A stretch of 64,000 nucleotides of DNA, from the NCBI RefSeq assembly GCF_963921235.1, contig NC_086108.1:100194001-100258000 (forward strand), in the 5' to 3' direction. Shown here in pieces: positions 12,734 to 25,084 of the stretch; the stretch's first letter is position 1, and each line of letters opens with the position of its first letter. Both the position numbers and the translations under genes were made by a program. This DNA comes from Mobula hypostoma (Eukaryota). Below the pieces are notes generated by a model. The model ran no database searches, was not told the origin of the DNA, and saw only the letters and a list, made by a program, of their open reading frames with translations.

Positions 12734-13167
12734 AGCCTGTCACGCGCCCTCTGCATGCAGGAGGAGAGCACAGTCGTTTGCATATAGTAGCTCAAAAATT
12801 GGCTCTTGCATGCTTTCTGTCTGGATGAGAAGGTCGGTGGAGATTGAAGATATCTCCAGCAGTGCAGAACCAAATGTTTACGCTCTCTGAGGTGGCATCT
12901 TTCACTTCCCGTAGCAACATGCCAAAAAAGATAGCAAAGAGAGTTGGTGCCAAAACACAGGCTTGTTTCATGCCGGTACTGATGGGGAATGGGTCAGACA
13001 GGTCGCTGTTGTGTTTAACCTGACCACTTTGGCCTTCATGGAGCTGCTGCAAGATGGTGAGGAATTTCAGGGGACAGCTGAGCTTTGACAGAATCTTCCA
13101 GAGACCGTTACAGCTGACTGTATCAAAGGCCTTGGTAGGTCAATGAATGTTGCATGCAGTCCATGTT

Positions 13168-13836
13168 CATAAGAACATAAGAACATATGAAATAGGAGCA
13201 GGAGTAGACCATCTGGCTCATCGAGCCTGCCCTGCCGTTCAATAAGATCATGGCTGATCTGTCCATAAACTCAGCTCCATCTACCTGCCTTTTCCCCATA
13301 ACCCTTAATTCCCTTACTATGTAAAAACATATCTAACTGTTTCTTAAGTGAAGAAGCCTCAACTGTTTCCCTGGGCAGAGAATTCCACAGATTCACCACT
13401 CTCTGGGGAAAAACAATTTCTCCTCATCGCTGTCCTAAATCTTCTCCCCTGAATCTTGAGGCAATATCCCCTAGTTCTAGTCTTACCTACCAATGGAAAC
13501 AACTTTCCTACTTCTATCTTATCTATCCCTTTCAAAATTTTGTTGGCTTCTATAAGAACCCCTCTCATTCTTCTGAACTCCAGAGAGTATAGTCCCAGGC
13601 AACTCAATCTCTCCTCATAGGTTAGCCCCTTCATCCCTAGAATCAACCTGGTGAACCTCCTCTGCACTGCCTCCAAAGTCAGTATATCCCTCCTTAAGTA
13701 TGGAGACCAGAACTGCACACAGTACTCCAGGTACGGCCTCACCAGTACCCTGTATAGTTGCAGCACGGCCTCCCTGCTCTTGAATTCAATCCCTCTAGCA
13801 ATGAAGGCCAACATTCCGTTTGCCTTCTAAATAACC
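13168..13836 (-). mobile_element. CR1 3' fragment (different subfamily) nested in RTE
   Basis: (GTTCTTAT)n tail; ORF 13359-13814 LAFIARGIEFKS...LEYCVQFWSP. Confidence 0.88.
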
Positions 13837-14310
13837 TGTTCTGTTCATGATACTTCTCCAGTATCTGGGGCAGGATGAAGATCATGTCAGATCTGCCTCG
13901 TTCACTCTGAATCTGAACTGCTCTCTGCGAGGTTGCCCTCGGCAATAGTAGGGATGATTCTGTCCAAGAAAGTTCTAGCGAGGCTCTTCCCAGTGATGGA
14001 CAGCAGGGTAATACTTCCGTTGTTTGAGCAATCCAATCTCTCCCCTTTGTTCTTGTACAGGCTGACAATTACAGAGTTGTGTAGGTCATTTGGGACTGAA
14101 CCTTACTCCTAACAGAGTGTGAACAGCTTTGTGAGTTCACTCAGGAGAATGTCTCCACCCATTTTGTGTACTTCTGCTGGGATCCCATCAATGCCTGGGG
14201 CTTCGTGGCATTTCAGCTTGGAAACTGCAGCTTTGAACCCATCCAGAGTTGACTGGCCATCAAGCTTAAGCCTGACCTTATGCTGAGGGATCATTTCAAT
14301 GGATGTTTCT

Positions 14311-14895
14311 TGTGGGCTGCATAAGTCTAGAGAAGACAATCTCTGGTCCCACCAAACACGTGAGATCGAGGTGCACACCTTCTGTTTGTGTGGATGCTGC
14401 GTGATTTGTTCCCCCGTTACAAATCAGTACCACAAAATAACAAACAGTACACCATATGCAATTAAATGATTTAGCTTTATAATTCTTAATTCGACTACAG
14501 GGTTAGTAAAGTAAAACAAAAAGAAAAGGGCCCATTTTAATGAAACAGTCTAACATGCACAAGTTGGAGCTCACGGTTTCCCTTTCTCCAATCCTCCATC
14601 GATTTCCCCGGGCTTTGTCAACTCCCAGCCCCACTCCAAGCCCACGCCTTTCTGGTGTCTACGACCTCTCCTTTCTGGCATCTTCTCATCTTCTCTCTCC
14701 ATCTTCTGCCGAACAAAAGACCCAGATCACCTCGGTCTCAGGCACACAGCAAGAGAAAACACTTCCCTCATTGGATGGCTCAGATTCCAAAGCACCTGTT
14801 ACCTCTAACCATAACCCCACGGAAAGACTATTACATTAACAGTGCTTCGACAGAAAGACCATTACGTTAGCAGTGAAACCTTTCCCAGTGTCACA
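14311..14895. mobile_element. Probable solo LTR inserted in RTE ORF2
   Basis: Non-coding block with TGTG...CACA termini interrupting RTE coding (DGHQV | TSIEMIPQ); flanks TTCT/TACT match 3 of 4. Confidence 0.55.
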
Positions 14896-16655
14896 TACTT
14901 GATGACCATCCCTGAAAAGGCTCTCGTAGTGCTCTATCCATCGCCTTGTGATGGCTTCCTTCTCTGTCAGGAGGCTGGAGCATTGAATGAGCATAGAGAG
15001 GCTGGAATCTGACAAGTCGGACCATACACATGTAGTGATTTGTAAAAGGCTGGAGTGTTCCTGGTGTCTGCATAGTGCTGTGTTCATTCTGTTCGGGCCA
15101 TCCACCAATCGTTCTGCATCTGTCTCATTTTGCCTTGGAGGGTGCTACTTGCTGCTCTGTATTCTGTCTTGACTGCCTGGTCGTCGGGTCTAGACAGCAC
15201 CATTTGATGGGAGGAGTGTTTCTTCTGGAGCAGGTTCCAGATTTCAATGTCGTTTTCATCAAACCACTCCTTGTTTCTTCTTGAGGAGTACCCAACTACC
15301 TCGACAGCCGCATCTTGGATGGCAGTCTTTAGGTGCTCCCACTTAGTTCCTGTGTCAGCGTCTGCGCTTGGGTGCCTTTGCTGTCCAGTTTCTCCCTTAC
15401 CTTGATCTGGAATGCATCACTGAGACCAAAGAGCTTATCCACCTGGAGTCTCTTCGACCGTGGTCCCCTTTTCCCTATTGCTGGCTTGTTAGCCAGTCTG
15501 ACTTTCCCCCCGACCAGTCTGTGATCCATATAACAGTCTGTGGTCAGCATGACCATGCTGTGTAGAACTTCCGACACATCGTTTTGCTGCACCAGGCTGT
15601 AGTCCAGGAGGTCCCAGTGTTTGGAACGGGGCTGACTCCAGGTTGTCTCCACCCCAGAGGGTCTGTTCTTGTTCCTGCCTCTGCCTGACCAGAAGAGAGC
15701 GTAGCCTGCAAAATGAACTTCGCTTATAGCAGCAAAATCAATGTCCAGCCCAGCTCGTTCTCGTGCCACAAGCACTGAGCGTCTTTGGTGTCAGTCACCT
15801 TCTGTAGAGTCCTGTATGGTGCGCATACATTCCAGCATTCTGAGATATGTTGACTTCTTTGATTCTTTTCTTACCGCTTGAGTGAGATGCCCACTGGCCA
15901 CGGCGAACCAGCAAGATGGTGCTGAGGCAATCTTTTTTTGCACCACCTTTTCTAGGTCCATCTCTATCCAGGGAAAGCAGTGCTAACACTGAAGAGGCCT
16001 GCTTGGTCACTCAGAGGGCTGCCGAATGCTGTTTTTGCCTCAGGTCAACAGACAGATGACCCATGGGTCTGAGCCACCTACATACAAAGGAGACTGCGAC
16101 TTTCAGTGTCATCTAACACCTGTCGTTTCACCCCTTCTCAGTCACTGTAGGAATTTCTTCCTGTCTGCACTCCATAGGTTTATAGTGAGGGTCGGTGCGC
16201 GCGGACGGATTCCACTCTTTAGGCTGGAAGACGTTCCACAATGGCACAGCAAGCGGCGATGACTGTGATGACTGCAAGGGTCTAGGTTAAGAATCAGAGT
16301 TTTCCTTCTCCTAAACAGACTGCCTGAGAAGGCTAATGTGTCTCATCTACCCGGGTTTGCAATCGGAGTTGTGCTTCTCCTAGGCTGGCTGCCTGTCAAA
16401 GCTGATCAGCCCAGCCTGCCTGCCCAGTTTTACCGCTGGACACTCAGTCGCGGCACGACAGAGCAAACTCAGTAAGAACAGGGACACCAGCTGAAGGCAT
16501 TGCAAGGGGCACAGTAGTGAAGGAGAGGCCATATTCAAGAGGCAAGCCAAACAGAGGTCCTGAGGCGATCACCACACATGGAAAGGAGAGGCTGTGGGAG
16601 ACACCTCATCTTCCTTAAGCGAGCAGGACATCCAGCCCAGGACTCACCTGTTCCC

Positions 16656-17455
16656 AAAGGAGGTGACAGTAACCTGCCTCAACGACTATCGTACGGTGGC
16701 ATTAACGTCAACCATTATGAAATGCTTTAAGCAACTGTTCATGGAGTGTATTAAAGCCTTTCTTCCAGCTACCTTTCGAGTTCACTTATCACTCAAATTG
16801 ATCTACTGATGATGCAATAGCCTCTCCCCTCCACTCTGTCCTGTCCCACCCTGAAAATGGGGTCTCATATGCCAGACTGTGGTTTATAGACATTAGTTCG
16901 GTGTTTAACACCATCGTACCCCAGAAACTGATGGGGAAACTGTCCTTGCTGGGTCTCAACACTTCCTTCTGCAACTGGATACTGGACTTCTTAACAGAAA
17001 GGCCCTGTGGGCACAGATGTGTCTAGTCCCATTGCGCCAAGCACTGGCACTCCCCAGGGCTGTGTGCTCAGCCCACTGCTGTTCACACTGCTGACACATG
17101 ACTGTGTCGCAGGATCCAGCTCAAATCGTGTCATCAGGTTTATGGATGAATCAACAGTGGTTGGCCTCATCAATGACGATGACGAAACCAAGTACAGACA
17201 GGAAGTGGAGTGGCTGGTAGATCGGTGTCAGATGAACAACCTAAGCCTGAATGTGGAGAAGACAAAGGAAATCATTGTGGACTTCAGGAAGGTCCAGACA
17301 AACCATCCCCCTCTGCAAATACATGCCTTCTCCATAGAGAGAGTTAAGTGCACCAAGTTCACATCACAGATTACCTCACCTGGTCCCTTAATAGCAGCTC
17401 CCTGAACAAGAAGGCACAGCAGCACCTCAGCTTCCTAAGAAGATTGGGGCAAGTG
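16656..17455 (+). mobile_element. Rex1/Babar RT fragment (matching piece at 10995-11189)
   Basis: [55 protein letters not shown]. Confidence 0.85.
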
Positions 17456-17524
17456 CATTCCACACACCCACCACTCTCTGTGTGAAAAACTTACCCACCC
17501 CTGATATCCCCTCAGTACCTATTT

Positions 17525-18972
17525 CTTAGAAACTTAGAAACTTAGAAAATAGGTGCAGGAGTAGGCCATTCGGCCCTTCGAGCCTGCACCGCCATTTATT
17601 ATGATCATGGCTGATCATCCAACTCGGAACCCAGCCTTCCCTCCATACCCCCTAACCCCTGTAGCCACAAGGGCCATATCTAACTCCCTCTTAAACATAG
17701 CCAATGAACTGGCCTCAACAGTTTGCTGTGGCAGAGAATTCCACAGATTCACCACTCTCTGTGTGAAGAAGTTTTTCCTAATCTCGGTCCTAAAAGGCTT
17801 CCCCTCTATCCTCAAACTGTGACCCCTCGTTCTGGACCTCTCCAACATCGGGAACAATCTTCCCGCATCTAGCCTGTCCAATCCCTTTAGGATCTTATAC
17901 GTTTCAATCAGATCCCCCCTCAATCTTCTAAATTCCAACGAGTACAAGCCCAGTTCATCCAGTCTTTCTTCATATGAAAGACCTGCCATCCCAGGAATCA
18001 ATCTGGTGAACCTTCTTTGTACTCCCTCTATGGCAAAGATGTCTTTCCTCAGATTAGGGGACCAAAACTGCACACAATACTCCAGGTGTGGTCTCACCAA
18101 GGCCTTGTACAACTGCAGTAGTACCTCCCTGCTCCTGTACTCGAATCCTCTCGCTATAAATGCCAGCATACCATTCGCCTTTTTCACCGCCTGCTGTACC
18201 TGCATGCCCACTTTCAATGACTGGTGTATAATGACACTCAGGTCTAGTTGCACCTCCCCTTTTCCTAATCGGCCACCATTCAGATAATAATCTGTTTTCC
18301 TATTTTTGCCACCAAAGTGGATAACTTCACATTTATCCACATTAAATTGCATCTGCCATGAGTTTGCCCACTCACCCAACCTATCCAAGTCACCCTGCAT
18401 CCTCTTAGCATCCTCCTCACTGCTAACACTGCCACCCAGCTTCGTGTCATCCGCAAACTTGGAGATGCTGCATTTAATTCCCTCATCCAAGTCATTAATA
18501 TATATTGTAAACAACTGGGGTCCCAGCACTGAGCCTTGCGGTACCCCACTAGTCACCGCCTGCCATTCTGAAAAGGTCCCGTTTATTCCCACTCTTTGCT
18601 TCCTGTCTGCTAACCAATTCTCCACCCACACCAATACCTTACCCCCAATACCGTGTGCTTTAAGTTTGCACACTAATCTCCTGTGTGGGACCTTGTCAAA
18701 AGCCTTTTGAAAATCCAAATATACCACATCCACTGGTTCTCCCCGATCCACTCGACTAGTTACATCCTCAAAAAATTCTATGAGATTCGTCAGACATGAT
18801 TTTCCTTTCACAGATCCATGCTGACTTTGTCCGATCATTTCACCGCTTTCCAAATGTGCTGTTATCACATCCTTGATAACTGACTCCAGCAGTTTCCCCA
18901 CCACCGACGTTAGGCTAACCGGCCTATAATTCCCCGGTTTCTCTCTCCCTCCTTTTTTAAAAAGTGGGGTTA
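17525..18972 (-). mobile_element. Young CR1, 5'-truncated, nested in an older CR1 (17460-17524, 18975-19205, 21582-22045)
   Basis: 3' tail, stem-loop and RT ORF; the older CR1 resumes on both sides. Confidence 0.93.
17615..18904 (-). CDS. CR1 ORF2 RT domain (uninterrupted, truncated)
   Basis: 429 aa with YLDFQKAFDKVPH, GVPQGSVLGP and KFADDTKL. Confidence 0.9.
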   Translation of the reverse strand: MVGKLLESVIKDVITAHLESGEMIGQSQHGSVKGKSCLTNLIEFFEDVTSRVDRGEPVDVVYLDFQKAFDKVPHRRLVCKLKAHGIGGKVLVWVENWLADRKQRVGINGTFSEWQAVTSGVPQGSVLGPQLFTIYINDLDEGIKCSISKFADDTKLGGSVSSEEDAKRMQGDLDRLGEWANSWQMQFNVDKCEVIHFGGKNRKTDYYLNGGRLGKGEVQLDLSVIIHQSLKVGMQVQQAVKKANGMLAFIARGFEYRSREVLLQLYKALVRPHLEYCVQFWSPNLRKDIFAIEGVQRRFTRLIPGMAGLSYEERLDELGLYSLEFRRLRGDLIETYKILKGLDRLDAGRLFPMLERSRTRGHSLRIEGKPFRTEIRKNFFTQRVVNLWNSLPQQTVEASSLAMFKRELDMALVATGVRGYGGKAGFRVG

Positions 18973-19204
18973 AGGTCCAAGCACCTTAAACCTATGCCCC
19001 CTCATATTAGCCATTTCAGCCCTGGGAAAAAGCCTCTGGCTATCCACATGATCACCTCATCATCTTATAACCATATAACAATTACAGCACGGAAAAAGGC
19101 CATCTCGGCCCTTCTAGTCTGTGCTGAATGCTTACTCTCACCTCTATCAGGTCACCTCTCATCCTCTGTCACTCCAAGGAGAAAAGGTCAAGTTCACTCA
19201 ACCT

Positions 19205-21580
19205 CAACATGCACGAAACAGCACACGCTAATGCCTTCACCATCGTTTTGGAAGATTTTAACCAGGCCAGTCTGAAAACTATCAACAGATCACTTGCAAT
19301 ACCAGAGGAAACAACACACTGAACCACCATCAAGAATGCCTACCGTACTATTCCACACCCTCATTTCGGGAAGTCTGATCACCTAGCTGTACTTCTACTC
19401 CCTGAGTATAGGCAGAGACTGAAGACTGTAGCACCAGTAGTGAGGACCAAGAAAATATGGACAAGGGAAGCACAGGAGCACCTACAGGACTGCTTTGAAT
19501 TGGTGGACTGGTCTGTATTCAGGGATTCATCTTCGAACCTGGATGAGTATGCTGCAGTTGTTACTGACTTCATTAAAACCTGTGTGGATAAGTGTGTGCC
19601 CACAAAAACCCACTGTACATTCCCAAACCAAAAGCCGTGGATGAACCAGGAGTTATGTCGTCTACTGAAGGCGAGATCTGTGGCATTCAATTCTGGTGAC
19701 CCAGGCCTGTACCAGAAAACCAGGTATGATTTGCGGAGGGCTATTTCAAGGGCAAAGAGACAATTTCAAACGAGGTTGGAGGCGACATCGGATGCACAAC
19801 AACTCTGGCAGGGCCTGCAAGACATTACTTCCTACAAAGCAAAACCCAATAGCATGAATGGCAGCGATGCTTCGCTACCAGATGAACTCAATGCCTTCTA
19901 TGCCTGCTTTGAAAGGGAGAACACAACTATAGCTGTGAAGATCCCTGCTGCACCTGATGACCCTGTGATCCCCGTATCAGAGGCAGATGTTAGACTGTCT
20001 TTAAAGAGAGTGAACCCTCACAAGGCAGAAGGTCCCGATGGAGTACCTGTTAAGGCTCTGAAAACCTGTGCCAACCAATTAGCAGGAGTATTCAAGGACA
20101 TTTTCAACCTCTCACTGCTATGGGTGGAAGTTCCCACTTGCTTCAAAAAGGCAACAATTATACCAGTGCCAAAGAAGAATAATGTGGGCTGCCTTAATGA
20201 CTATCACCCAGTAGCACTCACATCGACAGTGATGAAATGCTTTGAGAGGTTGGTCATGACTAGACTGAACTCCTGCCTCAGCAAGGACCTGGACCCATTG
20301 CAATTTGCCTATCGCCACAATAGGTCAATGGCAGACACAATCTCAATGGCTCTCCACACAGCTTTAGACCACCTGGACAATACAAACATCTACATCAGGA
20401 TGCTGTTCATCGACTATAGCTCTGCATTTAATACCATCATTCCCACAATCCTGACTGAGAAGTTGCAGAACCTGGGCCTCTGTACCTCTCTCTGCAATTG
20501 GATCCTTGACTTTCTAACTGGAAGACCACAATCTGTGCGGATTGGTGATTAACATATTCTCCTCACTGATAATAAACAATAGCACTCCTCAGGGGTGTAT
20601 ACTTAGCCCACTGCTCTACTCTCTATATACACATGACTCTGTGGCTAGGCACAGCTCAAATACCATCTATAAATTTGCTGATGATACAACCATTGTTGGT
20701 AGAGTCTCAGGTGGTGACGAGAGGGCGTACAGGAGTGAGATATGCCAACTAGTGGAGTGGTGCTGCAGCAACAACCTGGCACTCAACATCAGGAAGACGA
20801 AAGAGCTGATTGTGGACTTCAGGAAGGGTAAGATGAAGGAACACATATCGATCCTCATAGAGGGATCAGAAGTGGAGAGAGTGAGCAGCTTCAAGTTCCT
20901 GGGTGTCAAAATCTCTGAGGATCTAACCTGGTCCCAACATATCGACGGAGTTATAAAGAAGGCAAGACAGTGGCTATACTTTATTAGGAGTTTGAAGAGA
21001 TTTGGCATGCCAACAAATACACTCAAAAACTTCCCGTGCAGAGCATTCTGACAGGCTGCATCACTGTCTGGTATGGAGGGGCTACTGCACAGGACTGAAA
21101 GAAGCTGCAGAAGGCTGCAAATCTAGTCAGCTCCATCTTGGGCACTAGCCGACAAAGCACCCAGGACATCTTTAGGGAGCGGTGTCTCAGAAAGGCAGTG
21201 TCCATTATTAAGGACCTCCAGCACCCAGGGCATGCCCTTTTCTCACTGTTACCATCAGGCAGGAGGTACAGAAGCCTGAAGGCACACACTCAGTGATTCA
21301 GGAACAGCTTCTTCCCCTCTGCCATCCGATTCCTAAATGGCTATTGAATCTTTGGACACAACCTCACTTTTTAAAAAAATACACAATAGCTCTGTTTTTG
21401 CATGTTTTTTAAATCCATTCAATGTACATAATTGATTTACTTGTTTACTTATTATTATTTTTAAAATTTAATTTATTATTTTTTTTCTCTGCTAGATTAT
21501 GTATTGCATTGAACTGCTGCAGCTAAGTTAACAAATTTCACATCACATGTTGGTGATAATAAATCTGATTCTGATTCTGA
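19205..21580 (+). mobile_element. Rex1/Babar LINE, 5'-truncated, frameshifted APE-RT ORF
   Basis: GKSDHLAV (APE end); ORF 19440-20552 (KAEGPDGV, LNDYHPVALTS, DPLQFAYR, FIDYSSAFNTI); ORF 20542-21051 (PQGCILSPLLY, KFADD); (ATTCTG)n tail. Confidence 0.92.
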
Positions 21581-22855
21581 CTCATAAAGTACATCCTCCA
21601 ATCCAGGCAACATCCTTGTAAATCTCCTCTGCATTCTCTCTATAGCATCCACATCCTTCCTGTAGTGAGGTGACCAGAACTGAACACAGTGGGGTCTGAC
21701 CAAGGTCTTATATAGCTGTAATATTACCTCACCGCTCTTGAACTCAATCTTATGGTTGATGAATACCAACAGACCATACGCTTTCTTAACAACACTGTCA
21801 ACTTGTGCAGCGGCTTTGAGTGTCCTATGGACATGGACCCCAAGATCTCTCAGTTCCTCCACACTACCAAGAGTCTTACTATTAATATTATATTCTGTCT
21901 TAAAATTTTGACCTACCAAAATGAACCACTTCACACTTATCTGAGTTGAAGTCCGTCTGCCCCGTCTCAGCCCAGTTCTGCATCCTGTCGATGTTCTGCT
22001 GTAACCTCCGACAAACCTCCAGACTATCCACAACACCCCCACCCTCCATATCCTTGGAGCTACTTACTTGTTTCCCATGATGCCTCCCTTGAGCTATTGA
22101 TATTGCCTCCCAAGTCTCCAAGAACGGGTAGGATTTGGTTCCAAGCAGTGTCAAATAAACCCAAGAAGAACGACCCAAGAACTTCATCCCTTTGGGAGAT
22201 GTTGTGTTCTGGACTTTCAATTTGAACTGGATGCTGAATGTATTGATTACTTCATAATCACGGCCAACTGCCCCCAGCAAACTAATTGCAATTGTACAGT
22301 CTGGTTTGCCTTGCCTGGTTGTCAGATCTGTTGCTGGCTTTGATGTCCTTGGGTTGGGTATGATGCAGCCTGGGAGATTTGAGAAGCTACCTGAGCCTGA
22401 GCTGGAGTTTAGAATGTCCAAGTCTCCAAGGAATCATCAGTTCCAGAAGATTCCCTTCTCGGGGTAGTTAATTAAAGTCCTTTGCCATTTACACCCACAT
22501 TCCATAAATCAATGTTTTCACCATCTTTACAGGCATTGATATTCTAGATTAAAACTGCTCTGAATGAGGAAAGGATTTCACCAAATTTCCTTACGATGTA
22601 GAAGGAAGCCATTCTGCCCATAATTTCTGTGCTGGCTCTTAGAGCAGTCCGATGAATCCCATTCCCCCAGTTATTTCCCTGTAATATAGTTACCTTCACT
22701 TACACATTGCTGCTATCAAGGAGGTGGTACGAGAGCCTGAAGGCACACACTCAACATTTTAGGAACAGCTTCTTCACCTCCACCATCTCAACAGGCATTG
22801 AATCCATGTAAGCTACCTTATATATGGTAATTTTTAGATTTTTGTTATATATTGC

Positions 22856-23358
22856 CCGCTTCGCTGCTGCTGCTACTGTGCGAGAGAGAATCTCCAGAGG
22901 GGAAAGCTGCAAATCGTCGACTTTGCCTATTGCCTGTTGTCGGGGCCGGGGTCGAAGCGCTCGGCAGAGATGGTGCTCGGTGCTCAGTGTCGGAGAGCTG
23001 GTCGGAGGCTCAGAGTTTTCGGACGGACTCAGAGTCGGACTGTGGTCGGATGCTTCCAGGATGCTGCATCGGCAAGTTTGCGGCGCTGGAGGTTCACCGT
23101 CTGCGTGAGATGATGGGACTTTTGAGAGACTTTGAGACTTTTACTGTGCCCATGGTCGTTCTTATCAAATCATGGTATTGCTTTGCATTGTTGTAACTAT
23201 ATGTTATAATTATGTGGTTTTTGTCAGTTTTTAAGTCGGTTTGTCATGTGTTTCTGTGATATCATTCTGGAAAAACATTGTATCATTTCTTAATGCATGC
23301 ATAAAAGACAATAAAAGAGGACTGCGTGTCCCCATAATCTAAAATCTAAAAAAAAATC
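22856..23358 (+). mobile_element. Non-coding CpG-rich retroposon with AATAAA and (AATCTAA)n tail
   Basis: Exact 8 bp TSD TATATTGC at 22848-22855 and 23359-23366, within a Rex1 3' UTR. Confidence 0.7.
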
Positions 23359-23509
23359 TATATTGCATTGTTGTAAAAATACAAATTTCACAACATATGC
23401 CAGATGTATTGAACCTGACTCTGATTCTCATTCTAATTTCCCCGCCAAACTCTTAGCGCCGCTTACACGAGGGTAAAATACAGTAACCGATTAATCTGCC
23501 TATCTTTGA

Positions 23510-24130
23510 AATGTATTGGTATTGGTTAAATCTACCAAGATACAGTGAAAAGCCCAACTTGCTTACTGTTCATGGATATCAAATTATTACACAGTGTACT
23601 GAGGTAGAACAAGGTAATGCAATATCAATAGTAAAGACTAAAAACTACAGAAACACTTCAGTGCAGGTAAATGATAAAGTGCAGGATTAAGTGTAAATTG
23701 TGAGGCCATGAGTCCATCTCATTGCACAAGAGGTCCGGTTAAAAGTCCTTGAGCTTGTTGTTATGTGCTTTCGGACTTTGTATCTTCTGCCCAAAGGTAG
23801 AGGGGAGAAGAAAGAATGTCTGGAGTGGGTGGGGTTTTTGATCATGTTGGCCACTTTCCCGAGGCAGCACAAAGTATAAACAGAGTCCATTAAGTGGAGC
23901 CTGTTTTCCGTGGTGTGCTGAGCTGTGTCCACAACTCTCTGCAGTTTCTTACAGTTATGTATCCAGACAGAATGCTTTCTATGGTGTATCAATAAAAATT
24001 GGCAAGAACCAACAGGGACCTCGCACATTTCTTCAGCATCCTGAGGAAGCTGAGACGGAGGTGAGCTTTCTTGGCCGCGATAGCAGCGTGGTTGGACCTG
24101 GACAGGGCATTGGTAGTGTTCACTCTTAGA
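23510..24130 (-). mobile_element. Rex1/Babar-type 3' fragment
   Basis: KKLQRVVDTAQH...HSFFSPLPLGRRY coding; (CCAATA)n-type tail. Confidence 0.75.
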
Positions 24131-24372
24131 AACTTGAAGCTTGAACTTAAAGAAACCGGAGCACCCTGGAGGAAACCGATGCTGCAAAGGCCACACGGAC
24201 GACATGCAAGATAAAGGCAAAACCTCATCCCTGGAGTGGTGAGGTAGCAGTACTACCTGCTGTGCCACCTTATTCAATCACATCCTTCCCCCAACCTATT
24301 TGTTGTTATTAATATGAAAACACAGCCTCAAGTTATTAAACCATGCCTTAGAGCACCATTGTCACTATCCAC

Positions 24373-24813
24373 GTACTTACTGCCCATTACACCTGCTAGT
24401 GTTTAGGGCAGCAGTGAAGGTCTTCCATCTCTGTCAGTCCTTGGCCATTTCAGTGCCAGGTTGACTTTGGTCTCCCGCGTTTCCTCTGCACTTCAGGGAT
24501 CCAGTGAATCAGCCATGTAAGCCCTGGGTCGAGATTCAGAAATACTGTTGCACACACATCTCGAAGGACTCTATATTACTATTTCCATAACAGTTTTGTT
24601 TCACCGGTCAGAGTGGTTAGCCCTGAGCTGAACCCCCAAACCTGGAGGAGCAGTGAACTACTCTTAGCTTAGCCTCTACCCGTTGACCTGCTTGGTATGG
24701 GTGACCCCACGAAGAGCCAAAGCATAAAGCCCTGGCTCCAGCTAGCATTGCCCTCCGGGTCATGAAGGCATGCAAGCCTCCAAACCGCAACAAGGTTGTG
24801 GTCCTCTTGTCGG
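24373..24813 (-). mobile_element. Non-autonomous bipartite RTE-derived element (5' UTR fused to 3' end)
   Basis: RTE/Expander-like 5' UTR (CCTTGTTGCGG...GGGGTCACCCATACCAAGCAGGTC) and 3' end AKD.QRWKTFTAAL with TAAGTA tail; degenerate TSD TGTCACTATCCAC/TGTCACCACCCAC. Confidence 0.7.
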
Positions 24814-25084
24814 TGTCACCACCCACAATCTTTGCGTAATGGCATTCTGGACTGCTTTCAACCAAGTTAGGTAGGTGCAGTTAGTCAGACACCTCCAAAA
24901 TTAGGGAGGCAGGAACAACTACCCTCTTGCCCTCATCCCAGTTCATTTGCAGAGAATATTATTGCACCATGAAGAGGAGATTTCTTTCGTTCATGATTGA
25001 GGACGCAGTGGGAACAAGAAAATCCATGCCTTATTCCAGAGTCAATTCCATATTCAGGAGAGGTAGCAAGTGGATTATAAAAAA

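Larger units (their letters stand above)
11190..16655 (-). mobile_element. Degraded near-full-length RTE (BovB-like) LINE with three nested insertions
   Basis: APE remnants (LDIDFAAISEVHF, TWSQPRSKHWDLLDY, DCYMDHRLV), RT (APGIDGIPAE, GMKQACVLAPTLF, LYAND), C-terminal VLYGELSQGKRDRGAPRKRYKD and C..C...GLYSH; 5' UTR motif TAGGAGAAGGAAAACTC. Confidence 0.88.

Noticed and set aside
16440..16655. HDV-like ribozyme at the 5' end of the large RTE
   Set aside because: GGGAACAGG could pair with CCTGTTCTT, but I could not find P1.1, P3 or J4/2
21900..22421. 173 aa ORF
   Set aside because: Chimeric: the C-terminus is CR1 RT and the rest has no recognisable motif
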